From Spongospora subterranea f. sp. subterranea (taxonomy: Eukaryota), in NCBI GenBank assembly GCA_049724395.1, contig JAUGWO010000142.1:124001-188000 (forward strand): 64,000 nucleotides of DNA. Direction: 5' to 3'. A program made the translations under genes and the position numbers. The notes under the pieces are model-generated. The model saw only the letters and a list, made by a program, of their open reading frames with translations, ran no database searches and had not been told where the DNA came from. This document shows positions 13,457 to 25,680 of the stretch, one piece after another. Position 1 is the stretch's first letter, and each line of letters starts with the position of its first letter.

Positions 13457-14833
13457 ATGCCAAACCGGTTGTTTTTGTCGTTGATGGTGTTTATGGTATT
13501 GTCGATCGACAGATCGTGTGCCGATTATCAATCTGGCTCCGTCGGTCTATCCGCCCAAACCCAATTCGGTCCCGTGAACGGCGGCGGTTCATTTCAAGGC
13601 GGCGTCGTCCCTAATCATGGCGGTGGTGTGTTATCGCCAGATGGTTTTCCCACCCAGGTGCAGTCCTCTGCGTGTGTCCAACCCGGTCCCGATCAGGGGT
13701 CGTTCGGGTTCTCTGGCCAAGGAGGCGTCGGCCCAGAAGGTGTTCAATTCTCTGGCCAAGGGGGCGGTGGAGGTGTTCAATTATCTGGCCAAGGAAGCGT
13801 CGGCCCAGAAGGTGTTCAGTTCTCCGGTCAAGGAGGCGGTGGAGGATTCTCTGGCCATATCGGCGCCGGTTTCGGTCCCGAACCACAACAACAGCAGTTC
13901 CCGCAATCGCCCGACGCGGTTATCGCGATCGTCAACCATCCTCAACCGATCGCGTATCAGTCGTCATCGCTTCCTCCTCCTCCCCCTCCATCGCCCCCTC
14001 CATCGCCATCTCCTCCTCCTCCTCCTCCATCGCACCCGTTCCCCTTGCCTCCCCCGTCGCCGTCTCATTCCCAATCGGATCGTCCTCTCCCTTCATCATA
14101 TCCGGCGACACCGCCTTCCTCTCTTCTTCCTCCACCGCCGCCAGCGCCTCCCATCCCTTCCCCTCCGCCTCATCCGTCCCCCGTTCATCCATCGCCGTTA
14201 ATCCAGTTCGTCGAGGTCCAATGGATGTCCCCATGGTCTTCTGGATCGCCATCGGATCCCGACTCCGCCGACTCGACCTCGATCACGGTGAAGGTTCTTG
14301 TCGACGACGCGTTTGAGCTATTCTACAACGGTCGCGGTCGTGGATGGATCGATCAAGGTTGGGATAAGATGCAGATCTACAACTACTCAACGGTGAACAA
14401 CGGCGACGTGATCGCCATTCACGGGAAGGATAAAAAGGGCCTGGCCGGGATCCTGGCGCAAATCGAATACACGTCGGGGCCGTTCGCTGGGGGAGTTCAC
14501 GCCAATCAGGATGGGTGGAGCTGCACCAAACACAAGCCCAAAGACGATACGTGGATGAAGGCGTCGTTCGCCAATACGGGGTCGCTGAGGCGGTCGTTCG
14601 TGAAGGCGACGAAGCACGGGAAGCGGGGCGACTGGCCCTGGCGACTGTCGGGCGACGTGGGCCAGTTCGACGAGGGGGCGATCTGGTTCTGGTCGTCGCA
14701 CAACTTCCTGGCCAACGAGGTCTGGTGCCGGTACGTGATCGATCTGGTCACCCCGCCCGATAACGACCCGGTCGGGTCGGGGTCGACCGCGCCCACAACA
14801 ACATCGACCGAATCCGATTCCGACGAGGATTAG
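13457..14833 (+). CDS. Intronless secreted protein: signal peptide, SGQG Gly-rich repeats, poly-Pro linker, C-terminal lectin-like (CBM67/PCL-like beta-sandwich) domain
   Basis: 458-aa ORF; hydrophobic N-term MPNRLFLSLMVFMVLSIDRSCA; domain VLVDDAFELFYNG...VIAIHGKD..GLAGILA...WSC...W...GKRGDWPW; paralog at 23107-24030. Confidence 0.85.
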   Translation: MPNRLFLSLMVFMVLSIDRSCADYQSGSVGLSAQTQFGPVNGGGSFQGGVVPNHGGGVLSPDGFPTQVQSSACVQPGPDQGSFGFSGQGGVGPEGVQFSGQGGGGGVQLSGQGSVGPEGVQFSGQGGGGGFSGHIGAGFGPEPQQQQFPQSPDAVIAIVNHPQPIAYQSSSLPPPPPPSPPPSPSPPPPPPSHPFPLPPPSPSHSQSDRPLPSSYPATPPSSLLPPPPPAPPIPSPPPHPSPVHPSPLIQFVEVQWMSPWSSGSPSDPDSADSTSITVKVLVDDAFELFYNGRGRGWIDQGWDKMQIYNYSTVNNGDVIAIHGKDKKGLAGILAQIEYTSGPFAGGVHANQDGWSCTKHKPKDDTWMKASFANTGSLRRSFVKATKHGKRGDWPWRLSGDVGQFDEGAIWFWSSHNFLANEVWCRYVIDLVTPPDNDPVGSGSTAPTTTSTESDSDED

Positions 14834-14999
14834 GATTTCTCGAATGGGCCCGTCGCCGCCGCGTGATCGTGATCGTGAAAGGAAAGCGCAACCATCAACT
14901 TTTTTCATCATAAAATACGGTCTTAATCTCTGTCGATTCTGTTGTTTTTGTGTCCCCGGGACGGACAGGGCGATTTTCGGGACGAGATCATGTTCGTGA

Positions 15000-17085
15000 C
15001 CGGAGCCGAAATCGCAACTGAAAGGAGATTCCGTCCCATTTCTGGAACATAAGGAACTGTCTCCACGACGCCATTGCTCTGGCCAAATTGTACTTTATCA
15101 CGTCCAATACCGACGCCAGGTTCAAACCGTCGACCATCACCTACTGAAATTCCAAATCTGCACGGTCGAATGTTGCTCAATAACGATCGGTCATTGGTGA
15201 TATGTTGATTGTGACCACAATCAATCAGGCCAACAGCGATGGCAGGATTCTGGGTTCGATGCAGACACTGTACCACATCTATTTCATGTGATGATCGGCG
15301 TGGTTTCAGCTCTGGATGGAGGATCCGACAAGTCTTCTTGGAGCAAGGTTTCGCTTGGCGATGACGACAATGAACCTTTAGGGTCTAGAGTAACCGGCGG
15401 CGTTCACACGCGATTCGACACTTAAAGACGCTAGTAGCTTGTCTGTTCCCGGTAGTTAATCGACCTTCCACATCAATCGTATAATCGAGTTTGCTGTTCG
15501 CTCCGATCATCATAATCAACGACGTGAACTAATCGTACATGACTGCCATGGAGGGCGGAAGGATTGACGTGAGGCATCTAGGGGCGTTCTTCCATCTTGC
15601 ACCATAAACTATTACTGGTTCATCATCGTCATCCTTGAATAATTGTCAGAGTTGGCGACCAGCCCGGATAACGATGTCGACCGTTGATGGATTGAACGTG
15701 GCCCATATTGACATCCAGTATTGATGGAGCAGAGTTATCTTGGTGGATAAACTAGCCGTTGAACCAGGTTTCGACGTTATCAGGTGCATCTTGATCAGAG
15801 TACGTGCTCGTCGATCACCAGCGCGGTCGACATCTGAGACGTTATCCGGGGAGGATAGAATGGGCCGGCCGTCTCCATTGATTCCAACGATATCGTCAAC
15901 CCCCTGATCCCGAAGGACATCAGAGGTCGCTTTTACCCAATCATTCGAACTTGATCTCGAACCTGGATGTCGGACCAGAGTGCAACGCATTTGTGGTTAA
16001 AGAACTTGGACCGCTATCTTCATGAGTTGCTCGTAATAGAAGAGCTTTGTAGTCCTTGACCAGGTCCTCTTTCCTACGCTCATTAAATAGTACTTGTATT
16101 TCCTCAATGGACCGAGATTCCAAATCAACCTGGTCTACATCAGGTTCAAAAAGAACACGGTCAGCGCGTTCGATTTTACTCAATAGGGAAACTTCTGAAT
16201 TCCCATCTCATCGCAACTCCGTTCTCTGGCAGCCATACTGGTTCTGCAATCTTCGTCAATGCTCTGTGCAGCAATTGGGAAGTCCAAGCTGATCGCATGC
16301 TCTCAATGGATGGTGCAGCGAAGATGACGGGCCACATTTATGGGGATTGTCACTCGCATTGCCAATGTCTCGGTGCCCGGATCTGTCCGGATCTCGTGTG
16401 CTCTTCGTTAAATTGACTTGGTGATGGCAACGAGCGTTCCGAAGAGTAGATGATGACCTGTTTTACCCAGCATTAACTGGGATGATTTCCCATCTTCGTC
16501 GTCACCAGTCTTTGATTGACCGTCTCACCCAGAGAGCTAGTGGACTTGGTTGAACAGCAACACGGATCGGATTTCTGCCAGCTGGGATGAACAAACCGAT
16601 TGAAATATTTGCAGCATCGGGGACCTGAAACTGCGATTCGAGAAGCATCCTCGTTTCAAGTCGTCTTCGAGTCTCGTTCTGGAAATGCGACCACAGCAAC
16701 TTTCGCCGAAGCGTTGGGCATTGAAGGGATTTACTCTGAATATATCCCGAGGTTTGTTCGTTGGCAGAAGGTGTTGCCGCGATATTTCCTGAAACCGCCT
16801 CTGTGGAGTCTGATTCCTCCTTGTTCAAGTGGGAAAAAAATTGGACTTTCGTCACTCCCTGACCGACTTTTCATTAGAACGTATCTTACAATGTCGGCGA
16901 ATGCTCCACCAACACTAAATGAAGGTCAATGTCTCAAAGAGAACCGCTTTGTTTAATGATTTAGGTAATACATTTTCCGCGCTCTTCTGAGAAAATGACT
17001 ATTTTGACTAATTTCGTTTTAAAAAGTAAAATGTTTTCCGGAAAAATAGTCAAAATCGTCATTTGACTATTTTTATGAGGCCCTG
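15000..17085. mobile_element. Possible decayed DNA transposon remnant with a hAT-like right end
   Basis: Broken intronless minus-strand ORFs; AT-rich subterminal inverted repeat (gaaaatgactattttgacta / tagtcaaaatcgtcattt) ending in ...atgaggccctg (reverse complement CAGGGCCTCAT). No matching left TIR found. Confidence 0.3.
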
Positions 17086-17192
17086 GACACACGAGGGATG
17101 ATCCCGGGGACTTCGACCTCGTAAATTACCTCGTGGAGAATGGGGTGTTGATGGGGGAAGAGGAACTGTTTAATGGAATTGGGCGGGACATT

Positions 17193-18023
17193 TCATGGGG
17201 ATGGCGATGGCGATGACTTGACGAATGGCGACACACCCTGGCTCATGATATAGTGCTGGACGTACTGGGTTAGGGCTGTTGAACCTCGCGGCTTCGACCA
17301 CGTCTTCGACGATTGATACTGGAAACAACGGATCAGCGAATCGTGAGATGAATCAGTTCACTCAGAATAGCGAAACGGGGTCGAGGGCGGACGCGAATCA
17401 CAACGACAACAAGAACAGGACGACGAACAGTGAACTAGCGATCTCCAATACCTGATCATAATCCCATCCGATATCGTGCGATGTCGTGATCGGGATATCA
17501 TATTTCTGTTTCGGTGTCTGATAGCGAGCGTGGCACAGTCGCCGGAACCGCCCTAACCGCCCAACAAGTATTGATGATCAGTTCCCCCGACAGCACACAA
17601 CACCCAACCGCACCCGCCGATCAGGGGGAGATGGGATCCCTTTCGGGCGGGTGTAATCCCTTACCCTCCTGCTGCTGCGGGTCGTCCTGATCCTGTTGGC
17701 GATCGAGGTGCTCCTCGGCCCGTTTGACCCGGTCGACGTGGGCGATGAGGTCGGCCATCAGGACGGGTCGGTGTCGCGTCGGTTTATCGGTGACGATGTC
17801 GACTAGATGGGATCGGGGGTTGGTCTGTATGGCGGCGATGGATTTTGGGAAGGCGGACGATCGGCCATCGCCCGCCCTGCCCGTTTGGTTATTCCTTACT
17901 GGTATAGGGGTTGGCGGTGAACTCCTTGTTCACCCTCATTGTCGCTAACTCCTTCTTGATGTGTTCGGTCCACACTTCCTGGACCAGTTTCCGCTTCTCG
18001 AGCTTCTCCTCGTTCGACGCCAT
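17193..18023 (-). CDS. FAM183/CFAP144-family ciliary microtubule-associated protein, multi-exon
   Basis: VWTEHIKKE...FTANPY at N-term, TPKQKYDIPITTSHDIGW, and C-term KPRGSTALTQYVQHY...GVSPF, matching the FAM183 pattern. Confidence 0.78.
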
Positions 18024-18545
18024 CCCGCCGCTGATCGTCTCGCTCACCCTCGCCCCTTTGATACGATCAACGATCGTCGTGAACGGTACCAGGAATGATT
18101 CAACGCACAACGACACCCCATATCGACGACCGCGTATTCTATGATTGTTTATTGGTGTTCGTCGGTGTGTTCTGCGATTACCCAACGGCGAATACAGTTC
18201 CACAGAATGGGCAGCTGAATCGCTGCGATGATCTGCCGGCGATATAGAGGACATTGGTGATATTAGCACATGTTGGGCATTGCACCTGAACCACACAATC
18301 CCCACTCAATCAGATCAACGAGGGGGTGGTTCGTGAGAGACGCCCCCCGACCGTGATCATCCCCTTATCGTCCAGATAATCGGCCGTGATCTGTCGCGTG
18401 TGTTTCCCTGCTCGGGATTCGTCATCCCCGCCACCGCCGTCCTTCGCATCGCCGCCATCGCCTCGCGCCGCCGACTCCGATCCCCTGAACCCAACCAGCC
18501 CGGTTTAATCGTCGATATCGCTCCTATGCCCAATATTCCACTCAT

Positions 18546-21500
18546 TTACTTGTTTTTCTTCTTGACCTTCTTTCGTTGTGGTTTTCCCAAACGCGCTTCA
18601 GCTAGCTCGGCTAGAACCCAAAAAACGCACAATTAGAACCCATTTGCAGAATCCGTTGACAAAGACCAATAAGGCGGAACGTTACCCGATATATTGTCGA
18701 TCGGAATCATTTGTTTCAACGACGCCGTTCGAATAAACGCGTCGAGATATTGTGGCTGATCGTGGATATGATATCTGTGAATCGATTTGTGTTAGAGGGG
18801 GACGGGCGTAGGGATCCGCTGATACGATGGCAGTTTGACGCCGGATCGTAGGGCGGCGAGGTAGTCGATGGTGTCGTCGGCGGCCTTCTCGATCGGGGAT
18901 ATTCTATTCGACCGACGACAGAACGGGATCAGACACAGGAACCGGCTCAAAACCTGAAGTGATTGTCGATCTGTGATTTTGGGAAGAGAAGTTATCAGGA
19001 AAAACACCAGTACGTTCTGGGAGAATAGGGCGAAGAAGACGATCACGATTGGTAATGCGTTGACCACCCTGATCCTGTTCATGATGTAATCGGCGGACGA
19101 TAATCCGATCTGAAGAGAAGGATTGGGGTCGGTTTAGGGCAATCGAGGGCGGTGTGAACGGCAATGGAACACCTGATCTGACGATAATGGGTCGAGGGAA
19201 TCGTCACCGGGGACGCGATAGGAATCCAACAGGGCCGGATTGGATAAGGACCAGATGGCGATAACTGACAGAACGTTGGGATGTCGGGACGAGTTTAGAT
19301 TGCGGAATCGGGGGAGTGATTACTGCAATGGATAATGATTGGGAATCGCATCACATCAACAGCGAATATCGCCAACGACTGGTCCAATTTCGGGGGAATA
19401 CGGTATAGTCGTAGGAGGGCGATCTGAGAACAACGCACAGAGGATTGAGGTCGGGTTGAGGAGGAAAACGGGCAACAGACCGACCTTGTCGAACAGGAAC
19501 GTGGCGGCGAAGGTGGCGGCCGATGTGGCGAACAGGGCGGGGATGGCGCTAGAGAACATGAGCGATATGAAGATGGTGTTGAGGATGGAGGCGTATCGAT
19601 CGGATAATATCATATCGGGACCGGTATAGAGCTCGTTCAGATCCTGAAGAAAAAAGGGGAACGGTGTTCAGCGATCCCCAGAAAGTTTCGTGAAAACACA
19701 AATGGGGATTTTCGGGCGGGAAAAACACCTTCTGGGTGGCGATACGATTGTGGAGAAGACGCCGTTTCAGGGACAGTATCGGAATCTGGATCAGGGGAAT
19801 GATGTGGGGGCTGACGATATTCAAAAGCATCGCGAGGAATATCGACAGGGCCACGTCGCCGAACCAGGCGACCGACAGATCGGGGTATGGACCGGAGAAT
19901 ACCGAACCGAGACCGATCACTGATAGATCGCCGTTCACCAACAGGATCACAATACCTGATCGGACAGAAATGGGTGTTTGGAACGGAGATTTACATATTT
20001 CGGAGGAGGAAAACGAACGAATTAGAGGAACTAGAACATTGGTTTTGTGTTTTTGTTTTGAGGGGTAGAACGGATTGGGTGAAATATGGACCTGTGTTGA
20101 TAAATAGGGCGATGAAGAGTTTTAAGGTGATGGCGCGTTCCTGCGAGGAGATCGTCGAGTGTCGCTCCCAACGGACCAGGGCCACGATTGACGTCTTCAG
20201 CATTATGTTGATGCCGATTATGGTGAGGGCGATGAGGAATGTGATCGCCTGTTGTGTGTGGATTGGTGGATTGGGAGGGCAGGCGGGCTGCTGACCTTGG
20301 CGCTGGCCAGGGATTCCTGCCATTGGCCGCAGATATCGGCCTGATTGGCGACCTCCTCGTCGGTCAACGATGAGCAATAACAGGGGACGTTATCCCCATT
20401 CAACTACAACGGACAACGCCAATCAGCAACTGCCGACTGGCCGATTTTGGGAACGGACAGCGCCATGACGGGATATATTAGGGCACTGTGATATATTACG
20501 ATATCCCTGTAATTCCGCCTGGGTTTGTGACGCCTATCCACAATGCAGTTAATATCGGGACGTCGGGGAACAGGATGGGCCGATCGGGGATTAGCACAAC
20601 TTTGAACACCATCGTTAGCGATATCGCCATCAGACTGAACGACGCCATCAGCGTCACGATCCGCCTCAGACGACACGACCACACCGAATACTTCAGGTTG
20701 TGGAATAGGATATCGGACGGATCTGACGTCGTGTCAACATACAGACACACATATCGGTCAGGGGGACGATTGCCACAACAATCCAAGAACAGGACGAGAG
20801 GAGCATTTTAAGACTCACCCGCCGCCGGCGTGATTATCAGGCGACGCGAACGGAACCGCAACGAGTCGGCCATGATCAACCTGGTCCACCTATAATGGGA
20901 ATACCGACGAGATGGATGGGCGATCGGGTGGCGGCGACGACGGCGCCGGCCCTGACCAGGTATTGGGATATTGGTCTAGACAGGCATTACGAGAGCTGGG
21001 CGAGTTGAACACCACAAAGGAATCAACGGCGCGTCGCCGAAACGACCTCTGATTTCACACAATTTTCCGAGTTACAGAAACCCGATCAGGTTTCGATCAA
21101 GGAGTGGGAAATTCGATGGCGAAAATACTTTGAATTTGTCGATGGATTCGTCGATTTTGGCGATGGTTTCGTTGATTCTGGCGGTTTCCTGAGAAAGCTG
21201 TTCGTTCGATTTGCTGGAATTGCTGATCGTGATCAGTTCGTGTTTGTGCTTTCCCCGCTGTCGATAGAGCTGAACCAGGTCGTCGTCGTTGAACAATAGG
21301 ACGGCGTCGGCGACCTTCCCCCATCGTTCCTATATCGGCGACGACAAAACGACGACGGCGTCAGGGAAACCGGCGACAGCACCCTCGCAACGGAACTCGG
21401 CTCCGAACCTGGAAGAACTCCAACAGTTCTTTCCGATCGGTGAAATCCTCGGGAACGTTCTGAACCCGAATCGTGTAATCGGACGCCCTCACCTCTAACT

Positions 21501-22434
21501 GATCCGATACCGCCGATTCCTTCACAAAACAACAACAGAGAACAACAATTTTGTGTCAGGAAACTTCGAATCGTGGGACGTTGACCCGTTCCATTGGCAC
21601 CTTTTCATGAAACTTCTTCAACGCCCTCACGAACCCAATGAAGAAAACGACGATGACGATATCCATTCCCGACACGATGGCGCCGATTGCGGGCTTCGTC
21701 AACTCCCGATCGAGATAGGGGATCGTGATCCCACTGGAGTTCGCTGAATGGGAATTTTGTGTGTCAGAAAGGGCAATTCGACCCCGATTGGCGAAGATGA
21801 ACGGAGAAGGGGCATCACCTTTGCCAAACGACGCCAAGGTCGTATCGAATGGGCTGATCCAGAACGAATCCGGATTGGTCGCCTGCGATCACGACAGGAT
21901 TGGTGAAAGTTTGGCCCGAACTGAACATGAGGGAAACGGGGACTACCAGAACACTGAAGAGTATTTGGGGAATCGCCAATCCGAACATGATCAGGAACGC
22001 GATCGTCAACTTCTTCAGCAACGCAAAGCTGTGGTTGGCCAGTTGGTATAAAGGAGCGGGGGCCGAGGGGAAACAATCGACCAAGGGCCAACACACTTAA
22101 CTAGAGCAATATCCCTTTGCCGAACTGGGCGAAATCATCGAACGTCACGATCGGGAACGGGATCGGCTTGTCGTTGACGTCCTTCGCCCGTGGATGGACC
22201 TGGTTCACGTACTGGATCGTGGTCTCCATCGACACCTGTTCCCCCTAGGCCAATATTCAGGGGATACCCGGGGGGGAGGATCGACGACATTCAACGCCTG
22301 ATGCAATCCCCCCTGACCGTTAACGGCGCCAGGTCGACTATCGCCGACGACGGCGGTGGTGGTTGGTTGGGCAACGACGGCGACGGGCCAGCGGTTCCGG
22401 GTTCACCCGTCACCGCGTAATTACCCGCTTTCAT
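18546..22434 (-). CDS. OSCA/TMEM63 (CSC1)-like multi-pass ion channel, multi-exon
   Basis: FGKGILLYFALLKKL, SDYTIRVQNVP, FVVFNS, DPSDILFHNL, KLFIALFINTG, YPDLSVAWFGDV, LYTGPDMILSDRYASILNTIF, FLFDKVGLL; multiple TM segments. Both ends approximate. Confidence 0.8.
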
Positions 22435-23106
22435 TGATCGCCCCCGTTCCCTGATTCTCGTGCCGTTGCCGTTTCGCGCCCCCGGGCCCGTTTCTCACAT
22501 GATGGACGTGGTGGTCCACATGGCGCTACACCGGTTGGCGGTCGACCCGGTACAGTCAGTGGTCCATGGGACGACTCGTCAATCGCTGGACTTTGATCCA
22601 CCGTCTCGTTGAGGGGGAGAGGGGGGACGCGAGGGAAGATGTTCCATGATTGAGCACCCACTGAGCGGATCCGCGTTTTTGAGCAACGCCGCCATTCACG
22701 TTGAGACGCCCCGCCCAAGATAGTGCAGTTTACCTATGGTGTGGAGCGGGTGTGGGTTATGGGCCGTTTCCCTAATTGGTCGGAGACCCCCTTTTGACCC
22801 TTATCAGATGTTGTGCTGACAAGTATTCAACACGTTGGGATGATCTTCACCATCAATTTTCGACGTTTTCACAGGTTTCGGTGGCGACAGATATCCAAGC
22901 GAAAGGCCATGGGGATGTGCTAACGCCAACTCTCCTCGTTTAGGGCGACACGGTTTTGTCAGCCAGGGACCTTGGCCACAACTCAACTGGTCTGACCTAA
23001 TCGCACAGACAACTCTCATCGGACCGCGCTGAGCTCGTTTATCACACTTAATCGACGTAATTTGTATTTTCTTATGAAAACAGTCCACTATAGTTTCGAA
23101 TTGTTC

Positions 23107-24030
23107 CTAATTGTCGGCGAACGATGGATCGAGGGACAGTCTGCACCAGACCTCGTTGACCCAGAAATTGTGTTCGGTCCAGAACCACTGCGACTCCTCA
23201 TCGAAGTTGGAGACATCGCCTCTAGCAAGCCATGGCCACGCCCCCCGTTTCCCATGCTTCTTGGCCTTCTCGAACCGGCGCATCCAGCCGAAATTGTCGC
23301 CGGCGTTCGAGAACGTCTTCAGCATCCACGAGTCCTCCTTGGGATGGTGTCGGGTGCAGGTCCACCCTTCCGCATCGACGTGTTTCTCGACGACCTGTCC
23401 ATTGCTCATGAACTCGATGTTGACCAGGATCCCGGCCAACCCGTCCTTGTCTTTGGCGTGGATCGCCAGAACGTCGCCGCTGACGACGTTATCGTACGTG
23501 TACTCCTTCATCCTCTCCCAACCTTGGTCGACCCATTCTGTCGTCCGCCCATTGAAGTACAGGGAGAACGCGTCGTCGACGATGATCTTGACCTTGATCT
23601 GGACGCCCATGGCGGTCGTGAGCGAGGGGCCATCGTCGTCCACCGGGGTCGGATACTGGTTTGGGTACGCCGACACCGTTGACTGAGCTGGAGCGAAATT
23701 CGGCGCCGGCTGATTGATCATGATGACTGGAATATACGGGTGCTGGAAATGGGGCTCGCCGAACGATTGGGTGGGCGGCAATGGCGACGGGCCCTGAACA
23801 CAATCGTCATCGAGATGAACCGGCGATGGCGGTGGCGCGTTCATCGTGACCGGGTGGTCACCGCAATCCGGTTGTTCGTGGGGGACGATGGGCTGGTGGT
23901 CGGGGCACGCGTCGCCGTCGAACTCATCGGGTGGTGCCGCGTCGTAGGACGTCATCATGTCCTGCGAGGTCACGACTTGGACGGCGATCAGGGCGAGTAC
24001 GGCGATAATGGTCGTGGATTGGAGTTTCAT
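23107..24030 (-). CDS. Intronless secreted protein, paralog of 13457-14833 (signal peptide, Pro/Asp/His-rich linker, lectin-like domain)
   Basis: True start probably MKLQSTTIIAVLALIAVQVVTS at 24030; the C-terminal ~160 aa align almost gap-free with the 13457 ORF domain (IVDDAFSLYFNG, VLAIHAKDKDGLAGIL, KHGKRGAWPW, WFWTEHNFWVNEVWCR). Confidence 0.85.
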   Translation of the reverse strand: MKLQSTTIIAVLALIAVQVVTSQDMMTSYDAAPPDEFDGDACPDHQPIVPHEQPDCGDHPVTMNAPPPSPVHLDDDCVQGPSPLPPTQSFGEPHFQHPYIPVIMINQPAPNFAPAQSTVSAYPNQYPTPVDDDGPSLTTAMGVQIKVKIIVDDAFSLYFNGRTTEWVDQGWERMKEYTYDNVVSGDVLAIHAKDKDGLAGILVNIEFMSNGQVVEKHVDAEGWTCTRHHPKEDSWMLKTFSNAGDNFGWMRRFEKAKKHGKRGAWPWLARGDVSNFDEESQWFWTEHNFWVNEVWCRLSLDPSFADN

Positions 24031-25374
24031 TGGTTGATTTGAAGTATGACGATCAACCGGAACCGGATCGTGGCGTTTTGTCAGGGCCGGGATCTCATAG
24101 ACTGAGGAATTCGGGGGTGTTTCCGGGTGAGTCACCCATCCGGGCTGTGTTATCGCCACGATCGTCAGGGGAGAGCCGTCCGATCTATGGGGAGGAGTTC
24201 CCCCCCAGATCGTCCGCTCCGATAATGGAACGTCCGTCCAGGAGGTCAGATTAAGGGAGGCGGTCTGAGGTCGCTGATGAGGACCCACCCCTTGGTTAAT
24301 ACGATACGATGATGAATGGCACTGAATCAAACACGAACATCGATTGGAGATGTGGCAAGTGGTCTTTACGTCAAATCACGAAACACGACTTTAAAAAAAT
24401 GGGTGAAGGTTGAGCATATTGGGGAGAGGGAGAAGGGATATATATAATATGGCCATGTTCAATATTAGTTGGCACCAGCTAATTACCAACTCACTCAAGC
24501 AACCGCCACGAAATCGTTGAACCGCATTGGCGGTGCGGTGTAGCAGGGCATTCCTGGCACGATACGTCAACAGATGATTTGTTGTGCTTGAGCTGCTGAC
24601 GGTACTGAACTAATTCAACATCAATACACGTATAGTTATTACGAACTCAAGATATAGACGGTACGAACTCAAGAATTATAGGGGTTTAGACCTCGAGATC
24701 GAATCTGATATTTACAGTAGTGATCCAATACACTATTGATTGTTTGCTTACCTGCGCCTTCTCCTGACGTCGCTCGTTTCTCTTCCCCCGTCGAGTTCCT
24801 CACAATGACAAATATTCAGACTTTTTCTCGTCAACATATGACTAAAACGTTGTTAGGAATCACCTACGAAAATGAGGAACTTCTTAGCTCCGAGCGAGTG
24901 CATGAGCTGATGATGATCGACTGGCCAACCGTCACCACAGGTGGTTGTACCGAATCCATGATCGGACCTGGTCCCACCGAATCGCCCATCACTCACGTTG
25001 GTCAACTTGTCAACTCCACCACTGTCAGCACGTACTAAATCAATTCATCGTGGACGTCAGATGAAATGTCTACTACCCCCTATGTCGCCACTTCCGGAAT
25101 CGTCTCGTCCATCGATAACCGCGATATCTGTGTCCACGCCCGAATATCCACAAGGTGAAGTTCATTATCGTCTCCAAATCCCAGTTGGATACAACCAGCT
25201 CGCGATGTTCGAGGGGTGGGCTGGGCCATGTTCGTGTATGGTCCAACAGATAGAACAATGTGGTTGTGCATCACAAAAGCTGTGTCTCGATAACTTCCAG
25301 TGCCCAGGCAAAGGTTGCCAATTCTCCCAATGACCTCGTGTTAGTTCATAGCAACGGTTAAACGATGCTTGGAA

Positions 25375-25680
25375 ACTTCAAAGGTACAAGTAAAGTTAAG
25401 TTTGGAACTACGTTTGATTCAAAGGGGACATGATATAATGGACTTCAAATCTTAGGTAATTAATTACATTGGGACATCAACTGGGTAATTTCATTTTAAT
25501 GTAAATACTCCATGGTTTCTATAAATACAGATAACAACTTACAAGTATTAGGTACTAGTCATTCAAATAACTTAAATTTCATTGGTAATTCTAGTGCTAA
25601 TTTATATACAAATTCTGGAACTACATTAAACTCAGTTAAAACATCTTCGAGTAATACAGGTAATTTGATGGATATTATAT
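25375..25680 (+). other. AT-rich decayed coding fragment, possibly of viral (fibre-like) origin
   Basis: Abrupt AT-rich island in mid-GC DNA; Asn/Ser/Thr/Gly-rich translation VSINTDNNLQVLGTSHSNNLNFIGNSSANLYTNSGTTL with upstream stops. Confidence 0.4.

Noticed and set aside
13611..14911. Long overlapping alternative-frame and antisense ORFs
   Set aside because: By-products of the GC-rich low-complexity coding sequence of 13457-14833; the same applies to 23062-23686
24031..24330. N-terminal 100 aa of the 407-aa ORF
   Set aside because: ORF caller used a non-ATG start; the signal peptide begins at the ATG at 24030
24640..24682. Short tacgaactcaaga duplication
   Set aside because: Only two copies of a ~13-20 bp unit; unremarkable
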